DNA of 64,000 bases, taken from assembly GCA_943333275.1 (NCBI GenBank), contig CALQSQ010000004.1:9713-73712 (forward strand), in the 5' to 3' direction. This DNA is from Akkermansia muciniphila (GTDB taxonomy: Bacteria; Verrucomicrobiota; Verrucomicrobiia; Verrucomicrobiales; V1-33). Under the pieces are notes generated by a model. That model was not told the origin of the DNA. It was given only the letters and a program-made list of their open reading frames with translations, and did no database searches. The position numbers and the translations under genes were made by a program. Every line of letters begins with the position of its first letter. The first letter of the stretch is position 1. Of this stretch, positions 21,313-30,098 are shown in pieces.

Positions 21313-22340
21313 GGCATATGGGGCGTATGCGTCCTGTTTTGAAAGCTCTGTTATGCGTGGCTGGGCTTCTCCTTTCCAAAGGCAGGGCTACGGAGGTCTT
21401 TGTCTTTCAGCAACCCCACATGGGGTGCCTCTTCACCCTGAAGCTTGTCGCAGCAAATGAGCAGGAGGCAGAATCTGCTTCCAAGGCGGTTTCCAAGCGC
21501 ATCGAGGAAATCGAGCAGGTGTGTTCGGACTACCGTCCGGACAGTGAAAGCTCCCTCCTGGGAGCCTCTGCCGAACGTCAGCACGAAATAAAGCTGAGCC
21601 CTGATCTCCTGGCGCTGCTGGTGGCCTCGGAACACTGGTGGCAATGGAGCGGGGGTGCGTTCGATGTCACACTGGGGCCGTGCACCCGCCTCTGGAGAGC
21701 TTCGCGAAAATCGCAAACCCTGCCGGACTCCCCCACCCTCACCGAGGCACTGGCGGCCACCGGATTTTCCAAACTCCACTTTTCGGCATCGGCGAAAACG
21801 GTCCGCCTGGACCGTGCGGGCATGGTGTTGGATTTCGGCGGCATCGCCAAGGGATACGCACTTGATGCCGCCACCCAGTTGCTGCAAACGAAGTTTAAAC
21901 TCACGCATTTCCTCATGGATGCGGGCGGCCAGATTGCCGCCATGGGCTGCCCTCCCGGTAAGGACGCCTGGCATCTGGTAATTGAAAAACTGCCGGAAGA
22001 AAACGATGACGCGCCGGACGTCGTTCTGAAATTGAGCAATGCCCACCTCGCCACCTCGGGTGATTTAAACCAAAAAGTGACCATTGGCGGCAACCACTAC
22101 GCCCACATCCTCGATCCCAAGGCCGGACTGGGGCTCACGTATACCATCCAGGCCAGTGTCATCGCAGAGGATGGCGCCACGGCCGATGCCCTGGCCACTG
22201 CACTTTGCATCATGGAGGAAACCGAGGCCAAAGCCAAACTCGTGCAACTCCCCAAAGTCGCCGCGCGCGTCCTGCGCCAGAACGCCGATGGCCGGCTGCA
22301 TTCCTGGCAAACCGACAACTGGCGGACCTACGTCAAATAG
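21300..22340 (+). CDS. apbE: FAD:protein FMN transferase (ApbE family)
   Basis: Signal peptide. DFGGIAKGYALD motif typical of ApbE. 346 aa. Confidence 0.8.
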   Translation: MREIGHMGRMRPVLKALLCVAGLLLSKGRATEVFVFQQPHMGCLFTLKLVAANEQEAESASKAVSKRIEEIEQVCSDYRPDSESSLLGASAERQHEIKLSPDLLALLVASEHWWQWSGGAFDVTLGPCTRLWRASRKSQTLPDSPTLTEALAATGFSKLHFSASAKTVRLDRAGMVLDFGGIAKGYALDAATQLLQTKFKLTHFLMDAGGQIAAMGCPPGKDAWHLVIEKLPEENDDAPDVVLKLSNAHLATSGDLNQKVTIGGNHYAHILDPKAGLGLTYTIQASVIAEDGATADALATALCIMEETEAKAKLVQLPKVAARVLRQNADGRLHSWQTDNWRTYVK

Positions 22341-23616
22341 GCTGGCTTTGGGCTTCCGCCTCCTCCGGCTCCGATGGCATCAGCAGAGCCACAGCCGCCG
22401 CCGGGATGAAGAGAAATCCGGCATAAAGCAGCGCCGTTCGAAAATCGCCAACTTTCACAAAGATTCCGAAAAAGACGGTGCCGCCAGCGGCAACAATACG
22501 CCCGATGTTGTAACAAAATCCCGAACCCGTCGTTCGCAGCAGCACCGGGAACAGCGGTGGCAGGCACATGGTGAACAACCCGAAGACCCCCTGGCAGATG
22601 CCAATGAGTGCAAATAGCAGCTTCGTCGAATCCCAATTCCACTGCCGGGAAAACGAGAGAAACATGATCGCAAAGTAGGCTAACAGCATGCCCGAGATGG
22701 TCCTGCGATACCCGTATACCTTCGCCAATCCGCCCGCGACGAAATTTCCAATCAGCGAGCCCACCATGATCCACATCAAGGCAGCGACGACTGCGCCATC
22801 CTTGCCGGTTTTGTCGAGCGTCGCGATTTCCGGCAGACTGAGCACATGCTTCTGCTGCCAGAATAGGAAGGTCCAATGGGCGGTGAGGGAAACTGCGCAG
22901 ATGATCATGACGCGCCACGTGATACCCCGCACCTCCGGACTGAAGAGGGCACTGATTTTCGGCACCTCCTGTCCCTTGCGCGCCTCCGTCCATTCCTCTG
23001 TTTCGGGCACAGCCTTGCGAATCCAGAGCGTGATCAGGGCGGGAAGAATCCCGATCAGGAAAATGTACTTTGGCTCCTTGCCGGCGAGCAGCCAGCCTGC
23101 GACACAGGCGAGGAGCACCCCGCAATTCACGGCGCTTTGAAGCACAGCCGCGATCCACGGACGCCAAGTCTTGGGCCAGGTTTCCGAAAGCAACGATGCT
23201 CCCACCGCCCATTCACCACCAATCCCAAGGGCGGCCAGAAATCGGAAGATGAGCAAATGCCACCATTCCTGGGCAAAGAACGAAAGGCCGGTGAATCCCG
23301 CATAAGTCAGGATCGTCAACGTCAGAGCCCGGCTGCGCCCCAGCACATCACCGAGTCGCCCAAAAAATGCCCCCCCCACCGCCCAGCCGACCAGAAAAGC
23401 CGCCTGGATGATGGATCCATGCGTCCCCACCGTGGGATCGCTTTCCGGCACCATCATGAGCTGCGCCACGTAAGCCGTGGCCACCAGGGTATAAAGATGC
23501 ATGTCCAATCCGTCGAACAGCCACCCAAGCCACGCGGCGAGTCCGGAACGGCGTTGCTGCGGGGAAAGGGATTGCAGGGCGCGGACGAGCGATCTGGGGG
23601 CGGGGGTGTCGTTCAT
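22333..23616 (-). CDS. MFS transporter
   Basis: Twelve predicted TM segments. MFS-like G-x3-D-R/K-x-G-R-R motif region (GRLGDVLGRSRAL). Confidence 0.75.
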   Translation of the reverse strand: MNDTPAPRSLVRALQSLSPQQRRSGLAAWLGWLFDGLDMHLYTLVATAYVAQLMMVPESDPTVGTHGSIIQAAFLVGWAVGGAFFGRLGDVLGRSRALTLTILTYAGFTGLSFFAQEWWHLLIFRFLAALGIGGEWAVGASLLSETWPKTWRPWIAAVLQSAVNCGVLLACVAGWLLAGKEPKYIFLIGILPALITLWIRKAVPETEEWTEARKGQEVPKISALFSPEVRGITWRVMIICAVSLTAHWTFLFWQQKHVLSLPEIATLDKTGKDGAVVAALMWIMVGSLIGNFVAGGLAKVYGYRRTISGMLLAYFAIMFLSFSRQWNWDSTKLLFALIGICQGVFGLFTMCLPPLFPVLLRTTGSGFCYNIGRIVAAGGTVFFGIFVKVGDFRTALLYAGFLFIPAAAVALLMPSEPEEAEAQSQPI

Positions 23617-23628
23617 GAATGGGCGTTG

Positions 23629-25632
23629 TCAGGGGCTGGATTTGCCATATTTTTTCAGGAAATAAGTGCGGAAAAGGTCTCTTTCCACCGCGGTGAAAAC
23701 CTGACCATAAAGAAAAACCTCCGCGACGTCTCCATGAAAAATCGTGGCCTCGTTCACCGCGCCTTCGGCACCAAGCCGCAACCGATTGATCACCGTGGCC
23801 GAAGCCAAATTGGTCAAGGAGGGACTGGCCGTAACCATGCCGCCGGAGTCGATCAGATGGATCTGGGCCTGTTTGGCCGGTGTGTCGAGCGTCAGAAGGA
23901 TGCCGAAAAATTGGTCGCTGGCCGGCAGATCCACTGAGGAAACCGTGCCTCCTTCCGCCAGCGATCCAATGTTTAGTTTTCCACCTTCGCTGAAGAGTTG
24001 CCAGAGCGGCGCGTTGCCCACGGGTCCGAGCATAACGCGTTTTCCCGGCCCAGTCACAAAGCGGACGATCAGCCCATAGGTCATGCGAGGCTGATTGTGC
24101 TCACTCAGGCTGTTGGGTATGGCGGCCTGGAGATTGGTATCCGTGGCCAGCAGGAGGAAGGAGGTGCCTTCGAAATGCAGCACCTGAAACGTTTTGTTGA
24201 TGAGACTGATCTCCCGGAGCACCGGCAGACGCCGCAATCGATCCGCTTCGGCCGCCCCGGTATTGATATAGTGGGCGCTGTTGGCACCGCCTGCGGGAGC
24301 CTGATCCTCCCAGAGATCCACGCGATCCCCCAATCGGGCCAGCGTTTCTCCGCGCTTGGTTTTGGGCCCAGTGTCGGACCGAAGCCAGAGGACGGGATTC
24401 ACCACGGGAGGAAAGTTTGGTTGAAACGCCGGCGGAGGTGGAGCCGATTTCATATAATTGGCCGCGACCAGAGCAATCCCCAGCGTGACCACCGCGGTCG
24501 AGATTCCAATCAGAATCAGCTTCGACTGGTTGCGGGACTTTGGGCTGCCCCCCACTTTGGGGCCGGCGGGCTGGGCCGTCAGCGTTCCCGGCAAGGGGGC
24601 ACGCGGCGCGACTGGAGCGGGAGTCTGCGGCAAGGGACGATCGGCGATTACCTGGAGCGGGGGTTTGGGGATGGGTTTCGTGACCATGGGCGCGCGGGGG
24701 CCCGGTGGTCGGGGGACATTCGTCTTTGCAGCGGGCATTTCCTTTCGCACGGGGACGCTCGTGGTGGTGGCCTTGGGAATATTGGGCGCGAAGGTGAGCG
24801 ATTTGATGGCTCCGGATTGGATTTTCAAAAAGGTGTCCAGCGCCTCCTCGGCAGATTTAGGCCGATGTTCCGGCTGCCGGTGCATCAGCCAAGCAATCCA
24901 TTGCGAAAGCGCCGGAGGCACATCCCCGCGCAGTCGTAGAATGGGCGTGGGAACCTGGTTGATATGGGCTGCGGCAATTTCCTCCATGCTTTTGCCCTCG
25001 AAGGGATAAGTGGCCGTGAGCGCATAATAAAAAACGCAGCCCAGCGAGTAAATGTCCGAACGGACGTCGGATCGCTCGCGCAGAAACTGCTCCGGCGACG
25101 TGAAATAGACCGATCCAAATATTTCCGCATCCGCACCCTCCGACGGCAACTGCGGCCGAACGGAGAAATCGGCTAGGCCAAAATCAAGCACCTTCACCAG
25201 AAAATCCCCGTTCGGCAGCCAGTTCACCATGATGTTCGACGGTTTGATGTCGCGGTGCTGCACTCCCAACCGATGCGCCGCCACCAACCCCTCCAGCGAC
25301 TGCCTCGCCACCGACGCAAAATCCCCCAGCGTCAGGGCACCACGCCGCAACGTCTGTTCCAGCGTTTCGCCATTGAGAAACTCCATCACGACGATCGGTT
25401 CCCCGTTCAGATCATCCAGATCGTAGACCGAGACAATATTCGGGTGCTGCAGCGAGGACAGAGCCCCCGCCTCCTTGCGCAAATCCGTCCCTACCCCCTT
25501 CCCTTCGCGCTGTTCCGGGGGCAGCAGGCGCTTGATGGCCACGTAGCGTTCGAGCCGCCGATCCCATGCCTTGAAGACCGTCCCGGCCCCTCCCTCCCCC
25601 AGGCGTTCGAGAATATCGTATCGTGATGACAT
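23629..25632 (-). CDS. Transmembrane Ser/Thr protein kinase with extracellular lectin-like (ConA/LamG-like) sensor domain
   Basis: Kinase domain LGEGGAGTVFKA...VAIK...HRDIKPSNIM...DFGLA. Pro-rich linker. One TM helix (LILIGISTAVVTLGIALVAANYM). Roughly 280 aa C-terminal beta-rich domain. The ORF could extend to 25692. Confidence 0.8.
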   Translation of the reverse strand: MSSRYDILERLGEGGAGTVFKAWDRRLERYVAIKRLLPPEQREGKGVGTDLRKEAGALSSLQHPNIVSVYDLDDLNGEPIVVMEFLNGETLEQTLRRGALTLGDFASVARQSLEGLVAAHRLGVQHRDIKPSNIMVNWLPNGDFLVKVLDFGLADFSVRPQLPSEGADAEIFGSVYFTSPEQFLRERSDVRSDIYSLGCVFYYALTATYPFEGKSMEEIAAAHINQVPTPILRLRGDVPPALSQWIAWLMHRQPEHRPKSAEEALDTFLKIQSGAIKSLTFAPNIPKATTTSVPVRKEMPAAKTNVPRPPGPRAPMVTKPIPKPPLQVIADRPLPQTPAPVAPRAPLPGTLTAQPAGPKVGGSPKSRNQSKLILIGISTAVVTLGIALVAANYMKSAPPPPAFQPNFPPVVNPVLWLRSDTGPKTKRGETLARLGDRVDLWEDQAPAGGANSAHYINTGAAEADRLRRLPVLREISLINKTFQVLHFEGTSFLLLATDTNLQAAIPNSLSEHNQPRMTYGLIVRFVTGPGKRVMLGPVGNAPLWQLFSEGGKLNIGSLAEGGTVSSVDLPASDQFFGILLTLDTPAKQAQIHLIDSGGMVTASPSLTNLASATVINRLRLGAEGAVNEATIFHGDVAEVFLYGQVFTAVERDLFRTYFLKKYGKSSP

Positions 25633-25731
25633 GTGAGAGGAGAACCGGCGAAAAGATTGCAGACCAGTCCGGAAGAGTGCGAACCCTGACAACCCCGTGT
25701 CCTAAACCCGCTTTTTCACCCGCGACAACCA

Positions 25732-25760
25732 CAAAAAAGCGGATGCCTCGCAGCATCCGT
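25732..25760 (-). terminator. Rho-independent terminator downstream of rpsN
   Basis: Minus-strand RNA ACGGAUGC-UGCGAG-GCAUCCGC: 7 bp perfect stem CGGAUGC/GCAUCCG, 6-nt loop, followed by UUUUUUGUGG. Confidence 0.6.
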
Positions 25761-25787
25761 CTTTCGTAAAATTGGTTTGGCGTCAGC

Positions 25788-26057
25788 TTACCAGCTGGAT
25801 TTGGTCACCCCGGGAATCATCCCGGAATTGGCCAGTTCACGGAAGGAAATCCGGCTCAGGGCAAAACGGCGCATGTAGGCGCGGCGGCGACCGGAGACCT
25901 GGCAGCGGTTGACCAGACGCGTCGGGCTGGAGTCACGGGGCAGCATGGAAAGGCCGGCGTAATCGCCAGCAGCCTTCAACTCCGCACGGAGTTTAGCGTA
26001 CTTTTCAACAGTTTTGCGTTTGCGTTTATCACGTTCGAGCCAGGAGGTTTTTGCCAT
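25788..26057 (-). CDS. rpsN: 30S ribosomal protein S14 (long, zinc-independent C- form)
   Basis: 89 aa. C-terminus [33 protein letters not shown]. No CxxC zinc-ribbon cysteines. Sits outside any ribosomal protein cluster. Confidence 0.85.
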   Translation of the reverse strand: MAKTSWLERDKRKRKTVEKYAKLRAELKAAGDYAGLSMLPRDSSPTRLVNRCQVSGRRRAYMRRFALSRISFRELANSGMIPGVTKSSW

Positions 26058-26303
26058 AGGAAGGCTGGCTATAATGGAAATTTCCCCCGGCGCAAGGAAA
26101 ATTTCAGGGGCCGGGGGCCTATTTCTTCAAAATAATGACCAGCAGGGCGGCAATGGCAAAGACAATGATGGACCAGGAGAGGCCGCTGGATTTCATGGCG
26201 GGAAGTGAGGATGAGAGTTTCATGCAGGGTGATCGTTGGACGCCTGCCGGGCCCAATTATTCGCGGCATTTGACGAATCCTCGCAAACAGGCTCCATTGC
26301 GGG

Positions 26304-27383
26304 ATGGACAAATCAGCCAAAGACTTTCTCTTCGACCTCCTATCCACCCCCTCCCCCACGGGATTCGAAATGCCCGGGCAGCGCAAATGGGCCGCCTACG
26401 CCGGGCAGTTTGCCGATTCCGTGGATTGCGATGCCTACGGCTCCACCTGGGCCGAACTGGCCGGGAATGGCAAAAGCGAGGTCAAACTCATGCTCGAGGC
26501 CCATGCCGATGAGATCGGGTTCATGGTGAAACACATTTCCTCGGAGGGCTTCGTTTACATCGACCGCATCGGCGGCTCCGATTATGGAACAGCCCGGGGC
26601 CGCAAGGTGATCTTCCAAGGGGACAAGGGGGAGGTGAAGGGAATTATTGGGAACACGGCCATTCATATCCGGGATCGCTCCGGCGGGGAGAAAGCCCCGG
26701 AGGTGCACGAACTCTACGTGGATGTGGGAGCCTCAAATCCCAAGGATGTGGCGAAACTCGGCCTGCGCGTGGGCAATCCGGGTGTCTATGCGGATGGGCC
26801 CGAGGATTTTGGAGACGGCTTGATCGTGGGCCGGGCGCTGGATAATCGCATCGGTGGATTCATCATCGCCGAAGTCCTCAAGCGATTGAAAAAACACCGC
26901 TCCAAGCTGGCCTGCTCCGTCATTGCGGTGAATGCCGTGCAGGAGGAAATCGGCGGCTATGGCGCCAAAATGGTCACGCACCGTCTCTTCCCCAGCGTCG
27001 CCCTCTGCCTGGATGTGACGCATGCCACGGACTCGCCGGGCATCGACAAAGCCAAGCACGGCGCGGTGAAACTGGGCGGCGGACCCAGCGTCACCCACGG
27101 CACCTGCTGCCACCCCAATGTGATCCATCGCCTGCTCAAGGTGGCCGAAAAGGAATCCATCACCATCCAGCACGAATCCTCCTCACGCTATTCCGGAACG
27201 GACACCGATGACATCTTCTGCGTGCGCGAAGGCGTGCCCAGCGCCCTCATCTCCCTGCCCCTGCGCTACATGCACTCGGTCGTCGAAATGGTAGACCTCA
27301 AGGATGTCGAAAAAGTCATCGCCCTCATGACCGCCTTCGCCCTCTCCATCAAGGCCTCGGACGCATTTGGACACCGACTCTAG
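26304..27383 (+). CDS. M42-family aminopeptidase (FrvX/glutamyl aminopeptidase-like)
   Basis: 359 aa. N-terminal LLSTPSPTGFE and conserved His/Asp metal-ligand spacing typical of M42 peptidases. Confidence 0.7.
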   Translation: MDKSAKDFLFDLLSTPSPTGFEMPGQRKWAAYAGQFADSVDCDAYGSTWAELAGNGKSEVKLMLEAHADEIGFMVKHISSEGFVYIDRIGGSDYGTARGRKVIFQGDKGEVKGIIGNTAIHIRDRSGGEKAPEVHELYVDVGASNPKDVAKLGLRVGNPGVYADGPEDFGDGLIVGRALDNRIGGFIIAEVLKRLKKHRSKLACSVIAVNAVQEEIGGYGAKMVTHRLFPSVALCLDVTHATDSPGIDKAKHGAVKLGGGPSVTHGTCCHPNVIHRLLKVAEKESITIQHESSSRYSGTDTDDIFCVREGVPSALISLPLRYMHSVVEMVDLKDVEKVIALMTAFALSIKASDAFGHRL

Positions 27384-27406
27384 CTACGGGAAGGCAGGCG
27401 TCCACC

Positions 27407-29911
27407 CTACGGCTGTTCCAGGCGATAAAATTTCCTGGGCCCGTCGATGACCTCCAGCACGTGATTCATGCCTCCCTCGACGTAGGGGGGAGATTCCACC
27501 AAGGCCCACGGACCGGGTCCCATGGTGGTGGAAAATTTCAGCAGGAGCGATGCCGGTGCGCTGGCCGGCCAGGTGACGTCCACGGCGTCTCCTCCCAGGG
27601 GCGCAATGGAAAGCGCCACCGTTCCAGTGCCGGCAAAAATGTGGATGTCATCCAGGAGGAGCGATTGATCCGCGACGGTTTCAGTGCATTCAAAGGTCAG
27701 TTGCGCGGTGGCACCTGCCGGGCTGAACACGATGGATTTCAAATTGTAGGGATTTCCCGGGCCCACTGCATCCTGGGCCTCCTCCACCACGGGACTGCCG
27801 TCGATCAACACGCGATAGGGCGCCGGCCCGGGGCTGTCACCACTGCGGGCATTTACCTGATACGTCAGCGTATAGGCTGCGCCGGGAGTCAGCCCCTCAA
27901 TGACCTGGGCGAGTGAGGCGTGCTGTTGGAGAAACGCCACGCGATCCTGCGCTCCCGCCGTGCCATTGTCGCTAAAGGGACCCGCGCCATCCACGTTGAG
28001 ACCATGCCCTCCGGTGGGTGTCCAACCCGCCAGGGCTCCCATGTATCCGGGATAAGCCAGCGGTCCTGATGCTTCAAAGCTGGGATTTTTAACCACCACC
28101 TCTGCGGCAGTTTGCGGAACGATGCAGATGCCATCAAGCAACAGCGAGGCATCCCCGGAAGCAGCGGTCACGAACTCCAAAAGGCCGGAATCCGCGCCTG
28201 CCACAAAGGGCACATTGATGAAATGGAACGGCTGCCCGGCGCCGACCGGCGGCACCTGCAGGATCGTCGCCAGATTGACGCCCGCAAAGCGCACCGTCAT
28301 ATCAATGGTGCCCCCGCAGCAACCGCGCGCATTGTAAAATGCCTGGATGGCATAACTCTCACCGGGAACGAGATTGATGATCTGCTGCGTGAGCGCCTGC
28401 GGCCCGCCCTGGAGGAAGGCCGCATTGTCGCGGTCCGGCACCACTCCATTATCGAGGAACGGCATGAATCCATTGTTGATGCCGGAGGAAGGCGGGTTGT
28501 TGGACCAGGCGGGAATGGGGCCGTAGCCGACTCCGGGATTGGGCGGCCCGGCATCGAAACTTGGATTGCGCACGAGCGAGGTCACCCCGTTGATGGCCAC
28601 CGTTCCATCCACGCCATCATGCCCTCCATTGTCCACGACCACCACCAACGTGGAACCGCGCGCCACTCCCTCCACCTGGGCCATTAGCGTCGTCTCCGGT
28701 CCTCCCTGCGGAAAGGTCAGACTGATTTCGCCATTTCCATTCGCTCCCACAAAATTGGCCACCGCCGGATTCGCCGTCCTAACGATGATCGTGCACTCCC
28801 CATCCTGCAGCCTCCGCGCCGAGACCGTGAAGGAAACCGTTCCTTGCAGGCCCGGAGAAATTTCCAGAACCGCAGGGCTGACGCGCAGATTCGGAATCGG
28901 TTCCACGACGACCCCCGCAACCCGGATGTCATCCAGAAGCACCGTTTGATCGCCCGCCGCCGTCTGCGCGAAACTCAGCAGGGCCGTCGTGCCGGAGGCC
29001 ACGAAATTTGCCGAACCAGTGCGATAAGCCGCCGAAGTGCCCACGGGAGTGACGGAGGCATTAAAAATGGAACTTCCATTCACACTTACATCGAGCTGCG
29101 GCATGTTGCCGCTCCGAGCATTGTAGCGGAACCCCACCGCATACGTCTCCCCCGCCACCAGTCCCCTGATCGTTTGCGAAATCGCCACCGCCCCCTGCAG
29201 CACACCCACATGGTCCTGCTCGGGGATCATCCCATTGTCCGCATAGGGACCAGTGGGGTTGTTCACGCCCATGGGAATCGTGCTCGTCCATCCCGCCACG
29301 GCTGGAGCGAGCCCGGGATAAGGCGGAGTGGCGCTGGCTTCAAATCCCGGATTCATCACCACCACCTGACCCGCAGCCCGGAGGATAATACTGACGCTGT
29401 CAATCAAGGCCGTGGCATCCCCGGCCGCCAGTGTTGCAAAGGAAAGAGTCCCGGAACTGGCCGTTGGCGTAAAGGCGACATTTCGAAACTTGTAGCCCGC
29501 ACCACCGGTCGAGGGAGTCACGCTCACAATGTTATCCAGCGTTGTCGCGTCCCACTTCGTCGCCAGATCGATGGAGCCGCCACAGCAGGCACGGGCATCG
29601 TAAAAGAATTGAATCCAATACGTCTGCCCCGGCGTCAGTCCGGAGATGGTTTGACTCAGCGATCCGGAACCCTGTATAAATGCCGCCTGGGAGCGATCCG
29701 GGATCGGCGTGCCGCCATTGTGAAACGGGCCGCTGGAATTATTCGATCCACTGCCTCCCGCCCATCCCCCGTTGGCTCCATAATGGGGGAACGCCGGGTT
29801 GTAGGAATCCTCAAAACTCGGGTTACTCACGAACCCGGCCAGCACTGGCACTGCGCAAGTCAGACAGAGATGCAGGACACCAGTTATGGAAGAGAGCGTT
29901 TTAATTTTCAT
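27407..29911 (-). CDS. Secreted protein with four tandem roughly 170 aa DUF642-like (galactose-binding-like beta-sandwich) modules plus the shared C-terminal module
   Basis: Each module begins NPSFE/NPGFE and contains W...AFLQG...Q.I.GL.PG..Y...F.YNAR. Start set at MKIKTLSS (signal peptide). C-terminus ...VDVTWPASAPASLLLKFSTTMGPGPWALVE...RKFYRLEQP. Confidence 0.55.
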   Translation of the reverse strand: MKIKTLSSITGVLHLCLTCAVPVLAGFVSNPSFEDSYNPAFPHYGANGGWAGGSGSNNSSGPFHNGGTPIPDRSQAAFIQGSGSLSQTISGLTPGQTYWIQFFYDARACCGGSIDLATKWDATTLDNIVSVTPSTGGAGYKFRNVAFTPTASSGTLSFATLAAGDATALIDSVSIILRAAGQVVVMNPGFEASATPPYPGLAPAVAGWTSTIPMGVNNPTGPYADNGMIPEQDHVGVLQGAVAISQTIRGLVAGETYAVGFRYNARSGNMPQLDVSVNGSSIFNASVTPVGTSAAYRTGSANFVASGTTALLSFAQTAAGDQTVLLDDIRVAGVVVEPIPNLRVSPAVLEISPGLQGTVSFTVSARRLQDGECTIIVRTANPAVANFVGANGNGEISLTFPQGGPETTLMAQVEGVARGSTLVVVVDNGGHDGVDGTVAINGVTSLVRNPSFDAGPPNPGVGYGPIPAWSNNPPSSGINNGFMPFLDNGVVPDRDNAAFLQGGPQALTQQIINLVPGESYAIQAFYNARGCCGGTIDMTVRFAGVNLATILQVPPVGAGQPFHFINVPFVAGADSGLLEFVTAASGDASLLLDGICIVPQTAAEVVVKNPSFEASGPLAYPGYMGALAGWTPTGGHGLNVDGAGPFSDNGTAGAQDRVAFLQQHASLAQVIEGLTPGAAYTLTYQVNARSGDSPGPAPYRVLIDGSPVVEEAQDAVGPGNPYNLKSIVFSPAGATAQLTFECTETVADQSLLLDDIHIFAGTGTVALSIAPLGGDAVDVTWPASAPASLLLKFSTTMGPGPWALVESPPYVEGGMNHVLEVIDGPRKFYRLEQP

Positions 29912-30098
29912 GACTGAAAGGGATGGGAGTTGCCGCCCCCGCCGTTTTATAAGAAACAAATTTTTCCGTCAAGCTCTCCGCCTTTTGTCTGCGTGAAATT
30001 TTCCACCGTCAAAATTCAGCTTGGCAGCCAGAAGTGAACTCCGCACGCTCGCCCCGGATGATTCTCCGCTGACCACTTCCCTCCTCACCCCCTCATCC

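Noticed and set aside
26069-26512. Overlapping ORFs 26069-26386 (minus) and 26135-26512 (plus) between rpsN and the M42 peptidase gene
   Set aside because: The region is better explained as the promoter and 5' end of the M42 gene, whose N-terminus matches the family. The competing ORFs have no features.
27384-27406. Inverted-repeat-like sequence between the convergent M42 peptidase and DUF642-like genes as a bidirectional terminator
   Set aside because: The stem is imperfect (CTACGGG against CCCTACGG). No clean hairpin plus U-tract was found.
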